A stretch of 64,000 bases of DNA, taken from the IMG/VR virus record IMGVR_UViG_3300045988_128829, positions 85,817-149,816 of that record, one strand, 5' to 3'. Of the stretch, positions 39,795 through 49,177 are shown piece by piece. The notes beneath the pieces are model-generated. The model saw only the letters and a list, made by a program, of their open reading frames with translations. It did not search any database and was not told the origin of the DNA. Origin of the DNA: a virus. Within the stretch, counting starts at the first letter, position 1; each line of letters begins with the position of its first letter. A program made the position numbers and the translations under genes.

Positions 39795-40289
39795 TTAGAT
39801 ACTTAATTCTCCTTCTTCATATTTTATATTCGCCTTGTCGCCGTTTTTGTAGGTTTTTCCAGACAAGCATCTTACTCTCATTTGCTCTTGTCTTCCATTT
39901 TTCGAAATATTTACCATATAATGATTCTTCCCTGATCTAAATACTATCTCCACTTCTCTTCCGTTTAAATCTTCCGGACATTCGTACACCATTTCTTGCT
40001 TTAACTTAAGAAGTAACTTATATACGTAAAACAAAACGATAAAGAAAAACGACCCTATCACAACCCCTACTAAATGGGAACCCGAAGAGTAGGTAGTCCA
40101 GCTATATCCAAGAATAAAATGTGTTATGCCCTTGAATGATATGATGTCCGACAAAGACATGCTTAAATCAGAAGCACTGTCAATGTCAATATCCGTATCC
40201 AGATCAGATCCTAATATCGACAACAAAAACTGTATAACAAAAGCAAATGATGCTATTAAAGCCATGCATAAAATTATATCACTTCCCAT
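39795..40289 (-). CDS. NfeD-like membrane protein (short form: TM helices + C-terminal beta-barrel)
   Basis: Two or three TM segments followed by a C-terminal OB-like segment (EVEIVFRSGKNHYMV). The canonical partner gene lies immediately upstream of the SPFH gene. Confidence 0.7.
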   Translation of the reverse strand: MGSDIILCMALIASFAFVIQFLLSILGSDLDTDIDIDSASDLSMSLSDIISFKGITHFILGYSWTTYSSGSHLVGVVIGSFFFIVLFYVYKLLLKLKQEMVYECPEDLNGREVEIVFRSGKNHYMVNISKNGRQEQMRVRCLSGKTYKNGDKANIKYEEGELSI

Positions 40290-40530
40290 ACCCTTCTGTT
40301 ATTATTTTGTAAACAAGATCAGTCATATCTTTGATGGTCTCCATATCATAATCAATAATAACAATATTGAATTTTTGTTCCACCATCACATCAAGCTCAA
40401 TTCGATCAACAGAATCTAATCCAAGTTCTTTAAACGTCACATCTTCTTCATGAACTATATCTATTTCCGAATTAAGAAACTGAGTAATAATTATATCCTC
40501 TATTATCTTTCTGATTCTTACTTTTTCCAT
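40279..40530 (-). CDS. acyl carrier protein-like (83 aa)
   Basis: Phosphopantetheine attachment motif LGLDSVDRIEL and an acidic helical 80-aa fold. Confidence 0.75.
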   Translation of the reverse strand: MEKVRIRKIIEDIIITQFLNSEIDIVHEEDVTFKELGLDSVDRIELDVMVEQKFNIVIIDYDMETIKDMTDLVYKIITEGYGK

Positions 40531-41231
40531 TGCTTTCTAATTTTGTTAAATAAATACGTTTTTATGTTTTTCAATCGCTCTTTGTCTGTTTCAGAACTTC
40601 CGGTAAACAAATAATCCGGATTGCCTTTAGCCGGCGGCGTAGGCAATTTAGATACGGCAAACAACCAATCCATTTCCTTATTCTTCTTAGACTCCAAATA
40701 AGGCCCGGTAGCGATCTTAAATTTTTCAGCTATTAAGTCAAAGAGCTTTGAATTTTTAAGGTTCATATGAACTGAAAAAGCCTGAGAAGGCGGTTTCCAT
40801 ATGAAGTTACATAAGCTCATTGTATAATCTCCTGACTCTGCTATATAAGATTCCGTTACCTGAAGTATGACCTCTTTCTTAAATGAGGTGTTACCCATAA
40901 ACCAACACAATCTGGATTCCGCTTCTTTTCTGCTGACACCTATGTCTTTTGAATACGATTCGTACATTCCTATCATAATCTTCAACGTCTCCAGAACCTC
41001 GTCTGTCATCTCCGGTGTCTCTATATAATTCACAAAAGACGTTCCTTTGTTGGTCAATCTCATCACGCCTGATTTTAATTTCTCAACCAGGCCAAGCTCT
41101 ATATACCTCCCAGCATCTTCCTCCGGCATGGCTTCGATCATAACCGAATCCTTCTGTCTTATGGCAAGAAGATTAGCAAGATCATTAGGAGTCATGTCTG
41201 ATGCTGCAAGTTGTCTGAAATTGATGTACAT
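40518..41231 (-). CDS. hypothetical protein (237 aa) adjacent to the ACP
   Basis: ORF overlapping the ACP gene by 13 nt. A weak SRKEAESRL motif is reminiscent of PPTase motif 3, but unconvincing. Confidence 0.55.
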   Translation of the reverse strand: MYINFRQLAASDMTPNDLANLLAIRQKDSVMIEAMPEEDAGRYIELGLVEKLKSGVMRLTNKGTSFVNYIETPEMTDEVLETLKIMIGMYESYSKDIGVSRKEAESRLCWFMGNTSFKKEVILQVTESYIAESGDYTMSLCNFIWKPPSQAFSVHMNLKNSKLFDLIAEKFKIATGPYLESKKNKEMDWLFAVSKLPTPPAKGNPDYLFTGSSETDKERLKNIKTYLFNKIRKQWKK

Positions 41232-41233
41232 AC

Positions 41234-41431
41234 CTAATCAGCTTTAATGAAAATAACATTCTTGTTATCTTGTCTATCAATATGTTCACATGGACCAATA
41301 ATCATGTCTGTACATGAACAATAATTGTATTTTTTAAATATACACCTATCGCATGTATCACCTTCCACACATTTTAATCTTACAAGTCCGGCAGCAAATA
41401 CTTCTCCTACTTTAAATTCCTTCTTTTCCAT
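41234..41431 (-). CDS. small Cys-rich protein (65 aa, 7 Cys)
   Basis: ORF, possible zinc ribbon. Confidence 0.45.
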   Translation of the reverse strand: MEKKEFKVGEVFAAGLVRLKCVEGDTCDRCIFKKYNYCSCTDMIIGPCEHIDRQDNKNVIFIKAD

Positions 41432-41446
41432 ATTCCCTCCTTGTTT

Positions 41447-42049
41447 TTAACTGTTGTACCCTTCTTTAATAATCGAATTTCTACCGGTAGATACCGACTG
41501 TCGAAGATCGTCATGTACAGAATCTACCGTAGAATACTTGTTTCTGGTTGTAAAAATCACTTCCAGCATCTCCTTGTAATCACCTAAAGCTACTTCGTAT
41601 CTCGGATCTACTTTGGCTTTTCTTTCAGCCTCGGCATTACTTTTAGCCAGTTCTCGATCAAGAAGATCTTCTTTGATTCGGTCAGCAATCATATCAAGTT
41701 CTTTTTTAATAACTTCTCCTGCTGCCCGAAGTTGACCTTCTACGTCACCAAGCTGGTCTTGGACGGTTCCTATTTCTTTCTTTAGGCGATCGTATTCGTT
41801 AATCATACCCATATCACCTGCATAGCCGGAAAAGTCCTTGATTATTCTGGTTCCTTCTTTAAGGAGCTCAATAACTCGTCTTTTACGTTCTCTGCTTATT
41901 AAAGACGGAAGACGATAATTCATATCCGCCACCGCCTTATCATGTATGGAGTTGATTAAAAACATCTCTCTTTCATCTCCTGCAAACTCAGTAAGAACCA
42001 AAAGGAACTTACTTATCAGGTATTCGTTTTCTTCTACTGTTAGTCTCAT
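41447..42049 (-). CDS. coiled-coil hypothetical protein (200 aa)
   Basis: ORF. Confidence 0.5.
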   Translation of the reverse strand: MRLTVEENEYLISKFLLVLTEFAGDEREMFLINSIHDKAVADMNYRLPSLISRERKRRVIELLKEGTRIIKDFSGYAGDMGMINEYDRLKKEIGTVQDQLGDVEGQLRAAGEVIKKELDMIADRIKEDLLDRELAKSNAEAERKAKVDPRYEVALGDYKEMLEVIFTTRNKYSTVDSVHDDLRQSVSTGRNSIIKEGYNS

Positions 42050-42062
42050 GGTTCTTATTTTT

Positions 42063-43196
42063 TTAATACAATGACTGTTCTTCTTTTGTCTCTTGTTCTT
42101 GTTCCTGATTGTCCGTAACGTCTTCCACAGTATAGAGCTTGGGAGGCGTCGGCGGCTGGTTGGGGTTCACGAACTTCGTCCCGCCCTCCCCGTACATCCA
42201 TCCATGTCCCGGCAGGATCTCTGGGTGGATTGTATTAGTAAGCTCTTCCATACTAACTTGCCTTACCTTCAGTATATGATGAAACACAAGTCCGGCTGTC
42301 CTGAATGATGTTTTGTTTTCAGTTTTAAACCTATCAAGAGTCTGATACCAATCTTTCCCAAATATCATATACTTATCCAGCCCGTACCTACGAGGATTGT
42401 GCAAACCTATCATTAACGTACATAACTGACCCAGCGTATCAGATTGGTAAAAATCAGAAAGACGCGGAGGCTGCTCTTGTGGGCTTTTTATCCTTCCTTC
42501 TATCTCTCTGTTGAATTGGGATATGATGAGGAAAAATATGTTTTTATATACTAATTTAGCTTCGTTCATAACCGCCACCAAATCATCTATAGCCGACTTA
42601 AGATCTAACCCCATTCTTTTTATCAAAGCAATATGATCGACTTTAAATATTATAAGACGTTTGTCTTTGTGTTTGGTAGCTATATGATACACAGCCGCCT
42701 CAAACTCTTTTACCGTACACGGAGCATCGATGTATATTATATTATTCCTGATTTCACCTTGAAGGATTTCAAACATCCTCATCTCTTCTACTGTATTAGA
42801 ATCTTGCCTTCTTAATATTTCAGGAGCTCGCTTTTTCATATCTTGGCTCATTCTACGAAGAAGAAGATCTTGAGGATTCATTTCGAACTCGCAATTAACA
42901 AGAAAATAATCTTCTGCTTGCGGGTTGATCATCGGATTCATCACATTTTCCAATATCTTTTGGGTCACATACGATTTACCTACAGATGGCCGTGCTCCTA
43001 TGGCAATAGCGTGCTGAGGAAAAATACCTCCAAGTAAAGCTTCGTCAATATAATCGTATCCGGTTTTAGCGGGGATAAGCTCTCCCCGCCTGTATTTCAA
43101 TATATTCTCATACGCCTCTTCCATAACCTGTTTAGAGGTCTTGAATATCCTTCTTATATCTATCCTATTTGCTATCTCCTCTTGCATTTTTGTCAC
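42063..43196 (-). CDS. DnaB-like replicative helicase (RecA-fold C-terminal domain)
   Basis: Walker A GARPSVGKS, Walker B-like region, and ISQFNRE resembling the DnaB SQLSR motif. Confidence 0.75.
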   Translation of the reverse strand: MTKMQEEIANRIDIRRIFKTSKQVMEEAYENILKYRRGELIPAKTGYDYIDEALLGGIFPQHAIAIGARPSVGKSYVTQKILENVMNPMINPQAEDYFLVNCEFEMNPQDLLLRRMSQDMKKRAPEILRRQDSNTVEEMRMFEILQGEIRNNIIYIDAPCTVKEFEAAVYHIATKHKDKRLIIFKVDHIALIKRMGLDLKSAIDDLVAVMNEAKLVYKNIFFLIISQFNREIEGRIKSPQEQPPRLSDFYQSDTLGQLCTLMIGLHNPRRYGLDKYMIFGKDWYQTLDRFKTENKTSFRTAGLVFHHILKVRQVSMEELTNTIHPEILPGHGWMYGEGGTKFVNPNQPPTPPKLYTVEDVTDNQEQEQETKEEQSLY

Positions 43197-43443
43197 CTTT
43201 CGTATCCGATTTGGATCCCCTATTAGCTTTTACTGATTTATACCTAAGACCGTTCTTGGTATGAGAACAATCCTTGCCTTTCCTCCAGCCCTTTCCCTTC
43301 TTCTTGTCCGTTTCGTAGTTTTTACGACCAAGCTCTCGGCGTTTGGCTTTCTGTTCCGGTCTGGCATTTATCTCCTTGTCTTTTTTAGCCTTTTTCTTCC
43401 TGGCTTCGGGATGAGTCCTGTAGTACTCTGTCGATCTACCCAT
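43165..43443 (-). CDS. highly basic Lys/Arg-rich small protein (92 aa), possible DNA-binding or histone-like
   Basis: ORF with about 40% K+R. Overlaps the dnaB-like start by 32 nt. Confidence 0.45.
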   Translation of the reverse strand: MGRSTEYYRTHPEARKKKAKKDKEINARPEQKAKRRELGRKNYETDKKKGKGWRKGKDCSHTKNGLRYKSVKANRGSKSDTKGDKNARGDSK

Positions 43444-43495
43444 GTGCTTATATTTTTTTTGATTAATAATAGCACAAAGATAGGCAATTCGCGCC

Positions 43496-44062
43496 CTATT
43501 TCAACCTGCCGTAGCTCATATCAGGATCACACCAGACATACCCGTCTTTCTCATCATGAAGATACTCAGGACATCCTCTACATGCACTACTTCCTGACAC
43601 TATTTGATTGTTCTTATTAGGGCACTTATCTCCAGGCTTATGCCATTCTATTCTCGAACCTGATCGTTCTTTGTTTGCATGACAGAACTGAAAGACTTTT
43701 CCCATCGTCTTCTCGCCAAACATACCTATATGTGTGTACTCTTCCGGTATAGATAGAAATTCAGATAAATCTTTATACATCCTTTTCCGTTCCTCCGGCG
43801 TAGACCATAGTCTATCAAGTTCGGCATGGACTCTTATCTTAAGAGACCTCAGTGATGGCCCCGCAAGCCGGCCTTTAGCTTTTCCCTTATTCGACCCTGA
43901 TTCATGAACACCGACATAAGCATTGCATGGTTTGCACATCATAACCATACCTAAGCCTTTTCTGCTATATATTTTATCGGCATTGACCAGCTCGGTTTCC
44001 CTTCCGCAATAAGGACAAATTTCGCCTCTTAAAACCCGTTGTTGGCGCTCATTAAGTTCCAT
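43496..44062 (-). CDS. zinc-ribbon protein (188 aa)
   Basis: CPYCG...CKPC at the N-terminus and CRGC near the C-terminus. Confidence 0.5.
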   Translation of the reverse strand: MELNERQQRVLRGEICPYCGRETELVNADKIYSRKGLGMVMMCKPCNAYVGVHESGSNKGKAKGRLAGPSLRSLKIRVHAELDRLWSTPEERKRMYKDLSEFLSIPEEYTHIGMFGEKTMGKVFQFCHANKERSGSRIEWHKPGDKCPNKNNQIVSGSSACRGCPEYLHDEKDGYVWCDPDMSYGRLK

Positions 44063-44304
44063 ACCCTATTCTTTTGTTTTTCTTTAAACTTTTCATACAA
44101 ACTGCTTTCAGTTTCCATTTCCGAAACCTCTACCTCTACGTCCTCTCTTTTGAAAATTACTTTCTTGGCTGTCGGATACGCGCATTTAGAGATACGAATA
44201 GCATTACGAATAGCGTAAACAAAATACGTTTCTGGTGACGATTCGATCACCACTACCTCATTTAAAGTGTTTTTGTAATTTTCCATATTATCTACTTGCT
44301 TCAA
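44029..44304 (-). CDS. hypothetical protein (91 aa)
   Basis: ORF. Confidence 0.45.
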   Translation of the reverse strand: MKQVDNMENYKNTLNEVVVIESSPETYFVYAIRNAIRISKCAYPTAKKVIFKREDVEVEVSEMETESSLYEKFKEKQKNRVWNLMSANNGF

Positions 44305-44641
44305 TTATATAACCCGGATGATCTTCGCACGCCTCTTTATATTCGATAAGAAACTTAAGAAATGAATCATAAGACCCCCATCCATTTTCTGGCTCGTATT
44401 TCAAAAGACTTTTTCTCTTGGAGATCATAATACATATACCTTTTGTAAGTACATTCTTCATCTCATTGGTATATATTTCTCTATACAATTCTTCTGGTCT
44501 CCAAACATAATCGTACAGCGTTTCTTTATTTTCTGATACGAATATTCTTTGTGCCATCTTGTTCATGTTGTGGGTGATGTTTGCAACCCATTCACGATCC
44601 TCTTCTTTCTTCTTACTTTTAATATAAACGTCCAGGCTCAT
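44288..44641 (-). CDS. hypothetical protein (117 aa)
   Basis: ORF. Confidence 0.5.
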   Translation of the reverse strand: MSLDVYIKSKKKEEDREWVANITHNMNKMAQRIFVSENKETLYDYVWRPEELYREIYTNEMKNVLTKGICIMISKRKSLLKYEPENGWGSYDSFLKFLIEYKEACEDHPGYIIEASR

Positions 44642-45632
44642 ACTGTTTTTCTTTTACCTTGTTATTGATTATCAAATCTGCCACATCATCTCCGTCTCCT
44701 ACATTTTCAACATTTTGAAGATAGTCCGATACTTTTATCCTTGACTTCATCATCATCCCATCTATCTTTTTACTCCATGTCTCAAATGCTTGTCCTTTGT
44801 CCGGAAAAGCTACAGTCTTTCTATCTTTTAAAACATCTATCACTTCCGGTCTTAGATTCTGCAACCCACCGGTAGCTACAAATAACTCATCCGGTTTATT
44901 CACAGCGCATATAATAGCCGTCTTTTCTGATTCCACCAAATTAACCACCTTATCCGGATACTGGCTTAGAAGATGCTCTCCGAACAGGCATTGTCTAAAC
45001 AAGAAGTCTCTTGCATGCAACGAGTGATAAAACATAACATGAGGCCGCTCATTGTCACCGTCTTTTTCCTTCACTCTTTTTACATCAATCTCATTCCCCT
45101 GGCTGTCGGTCTTTATATAAAAGTCCATGATCTTTCCGGTTCTACATACAAAATCTTTGTCTATCTGCCAGAATACACAACATCCTTTCCATCCCCATAA
45201 GTCCATTGTTCCGACATGATACCTTCTGAACACATCAGATACCCTTTCTTTTCCCCATAGAGACGATAAAAATCTAAATACGGTGTTTCTGTCGTCTGGA
45301 ACCACAGTCCTCTCAAACTCGCTAAAAGGTATGTAATTTACAACGTCAGGATTTACAGGAGGGCGATAAGCTCTTATACACTTATTTCCAGAAATCCAAA
45401 GATCTTTGTCGCCTACATCCTTACCAGTAGGTCGTTTATCATAACCGCAAGTCCGTTCATGATCGCATCTTCCGAACTCGTTTCCAACAACCTGACCTGT
45501 TGCCACATCAATATAAGGGGTGAGGCACCGGCTTTTTCCGCAAGCCGGGCAGGTCAGCTTCAGTCGGCTCCTACCGGGTCTGCGGTCAAGTTGAAACCGG
45601 GGTACGTTTTCGTATCTTCTGAAATCAAGCAT
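44619..45632 (-). CDS. DnaG-like primase (CHC2 zinc finger + TOPRIM-like region)
   Basis: N-terminal CPACGK...CDHERTCGY zinc-binding motif. The downstream LVESEKTAI...FPDKGQA segment is compatible with a TOPRIM fold. Adjacent to the DnaB-like helicase. Confidence 0.6.
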   Translation of the reverse strand: MLDFRRYENVPRFQLDRRPGRSRLKLTCPACGKSRCLTPYIDVATGQVVGNEFGRCDHERTCGYDKRPTGKDVGDKDLWISGNKCIRAYRPPVNPDVVNYIPFSEFERTVVPDDRNTVFRFLSSLWGKERVSDVFRRYHVGTMDLWGWKGCCVFWQIDKDFVCRTGKIMDFYIKTDSQGNEIDVKRVKEKDGDNERPHVMFYHSLHARDFLFRQCLFGEHLLSQYPDKVVNLVESEKTAIICAVNKPDELFVATGGLQNLRPEVIDVLKDRKTVAFPDKGQAFETWSKKIDGMMMKSRIKVSDYLQNVENVGDGDDVADLIINNKVKEKQYEPGRLY

Positions 45633-45975
45633 TTTTAACTCCTCTCATTGCTCCTATGATTCTATCTGCTATAGTTATAGACCATGACACCACATCTGGT
45701 ACATATACTCCGCAATCTATTTCTCCTTTTCTATCTTGCATTTTAATGAACTCAATAGAATAAGCCTTAACAAGATCGAATCTACGTTGTTCCCAGTCTA
45801 CGTCTTTGTTTTCATCATCCACAGGAAGGGTATCGAGATAATAATTTAAACTCTCATTTATCACACTTCCGTTACTGTCATAGAATTGTATTTTGTCATA
45901 GTCGCTTCTTATAGTTGAACCACTGAAGGTGATTACGTCTATTATCTCCCCGGTTCTTCTAATTTTTCTTTTCAT
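45625..45975 (-). CDS. hypothetical protein (116 aa)
   Basis: ORF. Confidence 0.5.
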   Translation of the reverse strand: MKRKIRRTGEIIDVITFSGSTIRSDYDKIQFYDSNGSVINESLNYYLDTLPVDDENKDVDWEQRRFDLVKAYSIEFIKMQDRKGEIDCGVYVPDVVSWSITIADRIIGAMRGVKNA

Positions 45976-46205
45976 ACTCTTCTTGTGTTTCTAACCGGTA
46001 TAGGCATTATTACATTAACATTCTTGCCATATTTCTCATAAGATGTGAGTATGCATATTGCATACTTATCCCCTATCTTCAAATCTTTCGATAATCTTAA
46101 TCTTGACCCCCTTTTGATGTTAATAAAATAATCACCAAAAGGATTGATACATATCGGTTTTACGATTTCCACATAATCTCCTTCAGGAATAACAATATCA
46201 CTCAT
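45972..46205 (-). CDS. hypothetical protein (77 aa)
   Basis: ORF. Confidence 0.45.
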   Translation of the reverse strand: MSDIVIPEGDYVEIVKPICINPFGDYFINIKRGSRLRLSKDLKIGDKYAICILTSYEKYGKNVNVIMPIPVRNTRRV

Positions 46206-47518
46206 ATTACGAATCTTTTAGACATTTCCTCAGCAATATCATATACAACAATATGATCCTCTTCATTGTATGGCTTATTGATATTCAGCACTCCTTTTCT
46301 TACCTTAAACCTCTTATCTTTTCTAAGGTGATTCAACATCCCTTGTTGGAATACACAGTCTGCCTTCTCCATAGCAGCATTTTTATCAGACCATTCTTTT
46401 AGCGTATAACCTTTACTGTTCGTGCTTTTTGGAGAAAAATTCATAATGCGTGCGTCAATTCCGTACCAGTTTTTAACCATTCTCCTTTCAGCCTCCAATT
46501 GAAAAGCATGTTCATTTCGTATGTCACCCGATTTAAAATCTAAGATAACAATCTCTTCTTTCTCCACTTCTCTCACTTCCTTCTTCGGATCGCCTTTTTT
46601 GAACTGCCCCGTAGCCCTTTGATACACGGCTCCAAAATAACCTTCTTCTTTGTACTTGAATGTCATTTTAACCATCGCATCTATCGGCGTAGCTACCAAA
46701 TAATCTTCTAATGATAATATTCTTTCAATCATCATCGGCTTAACCTTATACTCCGAACAAAATTTAGCAAACTTCATAACTCTGACAATCATATCGTCAA
46801 GATCATCTATGCTACCAAAGAATTTGTCAAGATTCTTTTTTGATATTTTAAGCTTGCCTTCTTGCACTGTCTTAACTATAAAACTTCGATTTAAGACCAT
46901 ATCTCTACCCGTCAAGTACAATCCGTATAGGTAGTGCATGATCGTTCCTTTATCTGCATCATATTCTGATACTTCTTCCGGATTGCGACCAATCATCCTC
47001 ATCTCCTGTCTCCATTCTTGAAGAGCCGTCTTGTCATCTACGAATCCGTCTCTAATCATGGTTGTTACCGAGGCGTATATCTTGGCTGTCCCATCGTCCA
47101 TCTTTCTTACATAAAAACGATTACCGTCTAATGTCAATCTTACGAATTTGGGAGTCTCAATCTTCTTTAACTCATCACAGATATAAAACGGCTCTAACGT
47201 TTCCTGATTTTCTGTAAACGGATTCGAATCCTCTTCTCCAGGGTTAGAAGCGGCTTCCTCCGCCGGAGCTTCCGGTTCCTCCTTCTGGGCCTGCTCTGGC
47301 TCAGGCGCCGGCTCTTCAACTACTGGAACCTGTCCGCCTCTTTCTGCTATGTCTCTGTTCTTTATTAAAGACATAACCTCCTTCTTCAACTGCTCTGGTG
47401 TTTGATTAGGATTTGACACCGACATCACAACATCGTTCATTCTAAACAACGTATTTCCTTCTCCTTCCACCATAGGCGCAAACCCTAAATCTGTCAATAT
47501 TTTTATTTTCTCTTTCAT
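46202..47518 (-). CDS. putative recombination nuclease (PD-(D/E)XK-like, 438 aa)
   Basis: EIVILDFKSGD...FQLEA resembles a D-x(n)-(D/E)xK nuclease core. The N-terminus is acidic. Tentative. Confidence 0.4.
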   Translation of the reverse strand: MKEKIKILTDLGFAPMVEGEGNTLFRMNDVVMSVSNPNQTPEQLKKEVMSLIKNRDIAERGGQVPVVEEPAPEPEQAQKEEPEAPAEEAASNPGEEDSNPFTENQETLEPFYICDELKKIETPKFVRLTLDGNRFYVRKMDDGTAKIYASVTTMIRDGFVDDKTALQEWRQEMRMIGRNPEEVSEYDADKGTIMHYLYGLYLTGRDMVLNRSFIVKTVQEGKLKISKKNLDKFFGSIDDLDDMIVRVMKFAKFCSEYKVKPMMIERILSLEDYLVATPIDAMVKMTFKYKEEGYFGAVYQRATGQFKKGDPKKEVREVEKEEIVILDFKSGDIRNEHAFQLEAERRMVKNWYGIDARIMNFSPKSTNSKGYTLKEWSDKNAAMEKADCVFQQGMLNHLRKDKRFKVRKGVLNINKPYNEEDHIVVYDIAEEMSKRFVI

Positions 47519-47672
47519 GATCTTCCTCTAATCAATTCTTCTTTAATACAATGTAACACTGTTTCCACTTCATCTTTATCTCTATCTTTCACTGCGATAG
47601 CTATATCCTTACCATAACTCTCTCTGTATGTGAGCATAAAAGATAGTTTCATTGTCAGCTTCTATTCTTATT

Positions 47673-48188
47673 TTATAAAGTTTTCTCATATCTGTCAATT
47701 ATTTCAATAATTAATCTACCTCTTTCTTTAATCATTCCCCTGCTTTCCATATCCAGTACCTTCTTTACCGCATACTTCCACACAAAAGGAAATTCTGTTT
47801 CAAGTTTATCAAATTCCATCCGGTCAAGATACATGTCGAATACCGTATGCTCCGATTCATGTAGGAAAACTATATTATCTCTGCAAGTAGCAACCGACTT
47901 ATATATCCTTTTCGGAAGTATGTGACAGATGTTACATACTGTAGGAAAATGAATAGCCTTACCGGTCATAGACATTCGAATACTACCCAACTCTTCCAGC
48001 ATAAGACGAAAAAACCCGGATAAATCCGGGTTCTCTAACTTTTTCTTCTTGCTGCTGTTTTTAATGGATGTAATTCTGTCTTTCTTCTTCGGAGTCAACT
48101 CTTTGCTCCTGCAAGCCTGGCATAAGCCATGACTTCTTATCATTACTTTTCGTCCACATTTTTCGCAGACGTACAATTTCTTTTCCAC
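47673..48188 (-). CDS. HNH endonuclease with N-terminal zinc ribbon (171 aa)
   Basis: CEKCG...CQAC followed by CNICHILPK...DNIVFLHESEH (a C..C-H-I-P...N-L...H-x3-H HNH signature). Confidence 0.5.
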   Translation of the reverse strand: MEKKLYVCEKCGRKVMIRSHGLCQACRSKELTPKKKDRITSIKNSSKKKKLENPDLSGFFRLMLEELGSIRMSMTGKAIHFPTVCNICHILPKRIYKSVATCRDNIVFLHESEHTVFDMYLDRMEFDKLETEFPFVWKYAVKKVLDMESRGMIKERGRLIIEIIDRYEKTL

Positions 48189-48376
48189 TCTTTATAATAT
48201 CTCGATATAAGTGATATAGTTGAAAAGGATAACGCCGTTAAAGACAACGTATATGGTAAGTTCATTAACCATCTTGGTACCTCTTCTGTCTTAATCACTA
48301 TCAGCAAAGTAGCACCTGCCACTACCAATAATACAATTGCTATCGCAAGTGCTACACGGGAAATAACATCACTCAT
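48143..48376 (-). CDS. small membrane protein (77 aa)
   Basis: ORF with a long TM segment. Confidence 0.4.
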   Translation of the reverse strand: MSDVISRVALAIAIVLLVVAGATLLIVIKTEEVPRWLMNLPYTLSLTALSFSTISLISRYYKEWKRNCTSAKNVDEK

Positions 48377-48839
48377 CAGTTTTCTTTTCTCCCAATTTTT
48401 CTACGCCTTTTTGCAGATCGTATTTAAACACTTCAATGATTTTCGTTTCTGCAATAGACTCACAATTCCAGTCTCCTAACGTGCCCTGCATACCTTTAGT
48501 TAACACAGCCTCAGCGTCTTTCGGATTGCCGGCCTGGACATACATATAGCATGGCGTTTTCTTTTCTTTACCTTTCTTTTCATCCAGTGCAATGTAATTC
48601 ACCTTACACTTATACCAGTACTCAGCTTCTCCGTTGAAGAAGATTTCTGACACTTTAATAGGATTAATTTTTACAACCTCGAAAGAATTGTACAAATCCT
48701 TGAAGATCTCCAACGATCTTGATTCTGCCTCTGTGTAAGACAAGGCATCCACTAAATACTTTTCAGTTACTTTCTTTTTTTTGCCGTTCTCGATATTATC
48801 AATCTCGGCTTTTACCGTAATTTCAAACCAGCGATTCAT
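48369..48839 (-). CDS. hypothetical protein (156 aa)
   Basis: ORF. Confidence 0.5.
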   Translation of the reverse strand: MNRWFEITVKAEIDNIENGKKKKVTEKYLVDALSYTEAESRSLEIFKDLYNSFEVVKINPIKVSEIFFNGEAEYWYKCKVNYIALDEKKGKEKKTPCYMYVQAGNPKDAEAVLTKGMQGTLGDWNCESIAETKIIEVFKYDLQKGVEKLGEKKTDE

Positions 48840-48850
48840 TGTATTAATAT

Positions 48851-49105
48851 TTAATTAGTTGATTTCTTTCCTTTTTCTATACTGTTTTTAAATCTTTCAG
48901 AACACCACTGCAAAACATCCATCATCATCATCTCATTATTAGATAAGATACCTTTTATAACTAACGCCAATTGATGTTGTGACATTCTTTGACTCATATC
49001 AAATCTTCTTTCCTCTTCATTTACTATCGTAGCCACGAAATACTTACACCCCTCTAAGTGCGTTAGGGCTTCAATCATAGCTTCTTTTATCTCTTTTTCT
49101 TCCAT
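48851..49105 (-). CDS. hypothetical protein (84 aa)
   Basis: ORF. Confidence 0.45.
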   Translation of the reverse strand: MEEKEIKEAMIEALTHLEGCKYFVATIVNEEERRFDMSQRMSQHQLALVIKGILSNNEMMMMDVLQWCSERFKNSIEKGKKSTN

Positions 49106-49177
49106 CCTGTTTGTTTTTTGGACAAAGATATGTCTTTTGATAATAAAAAAGATTCAAAATGATTTAATTTAGCTTAA

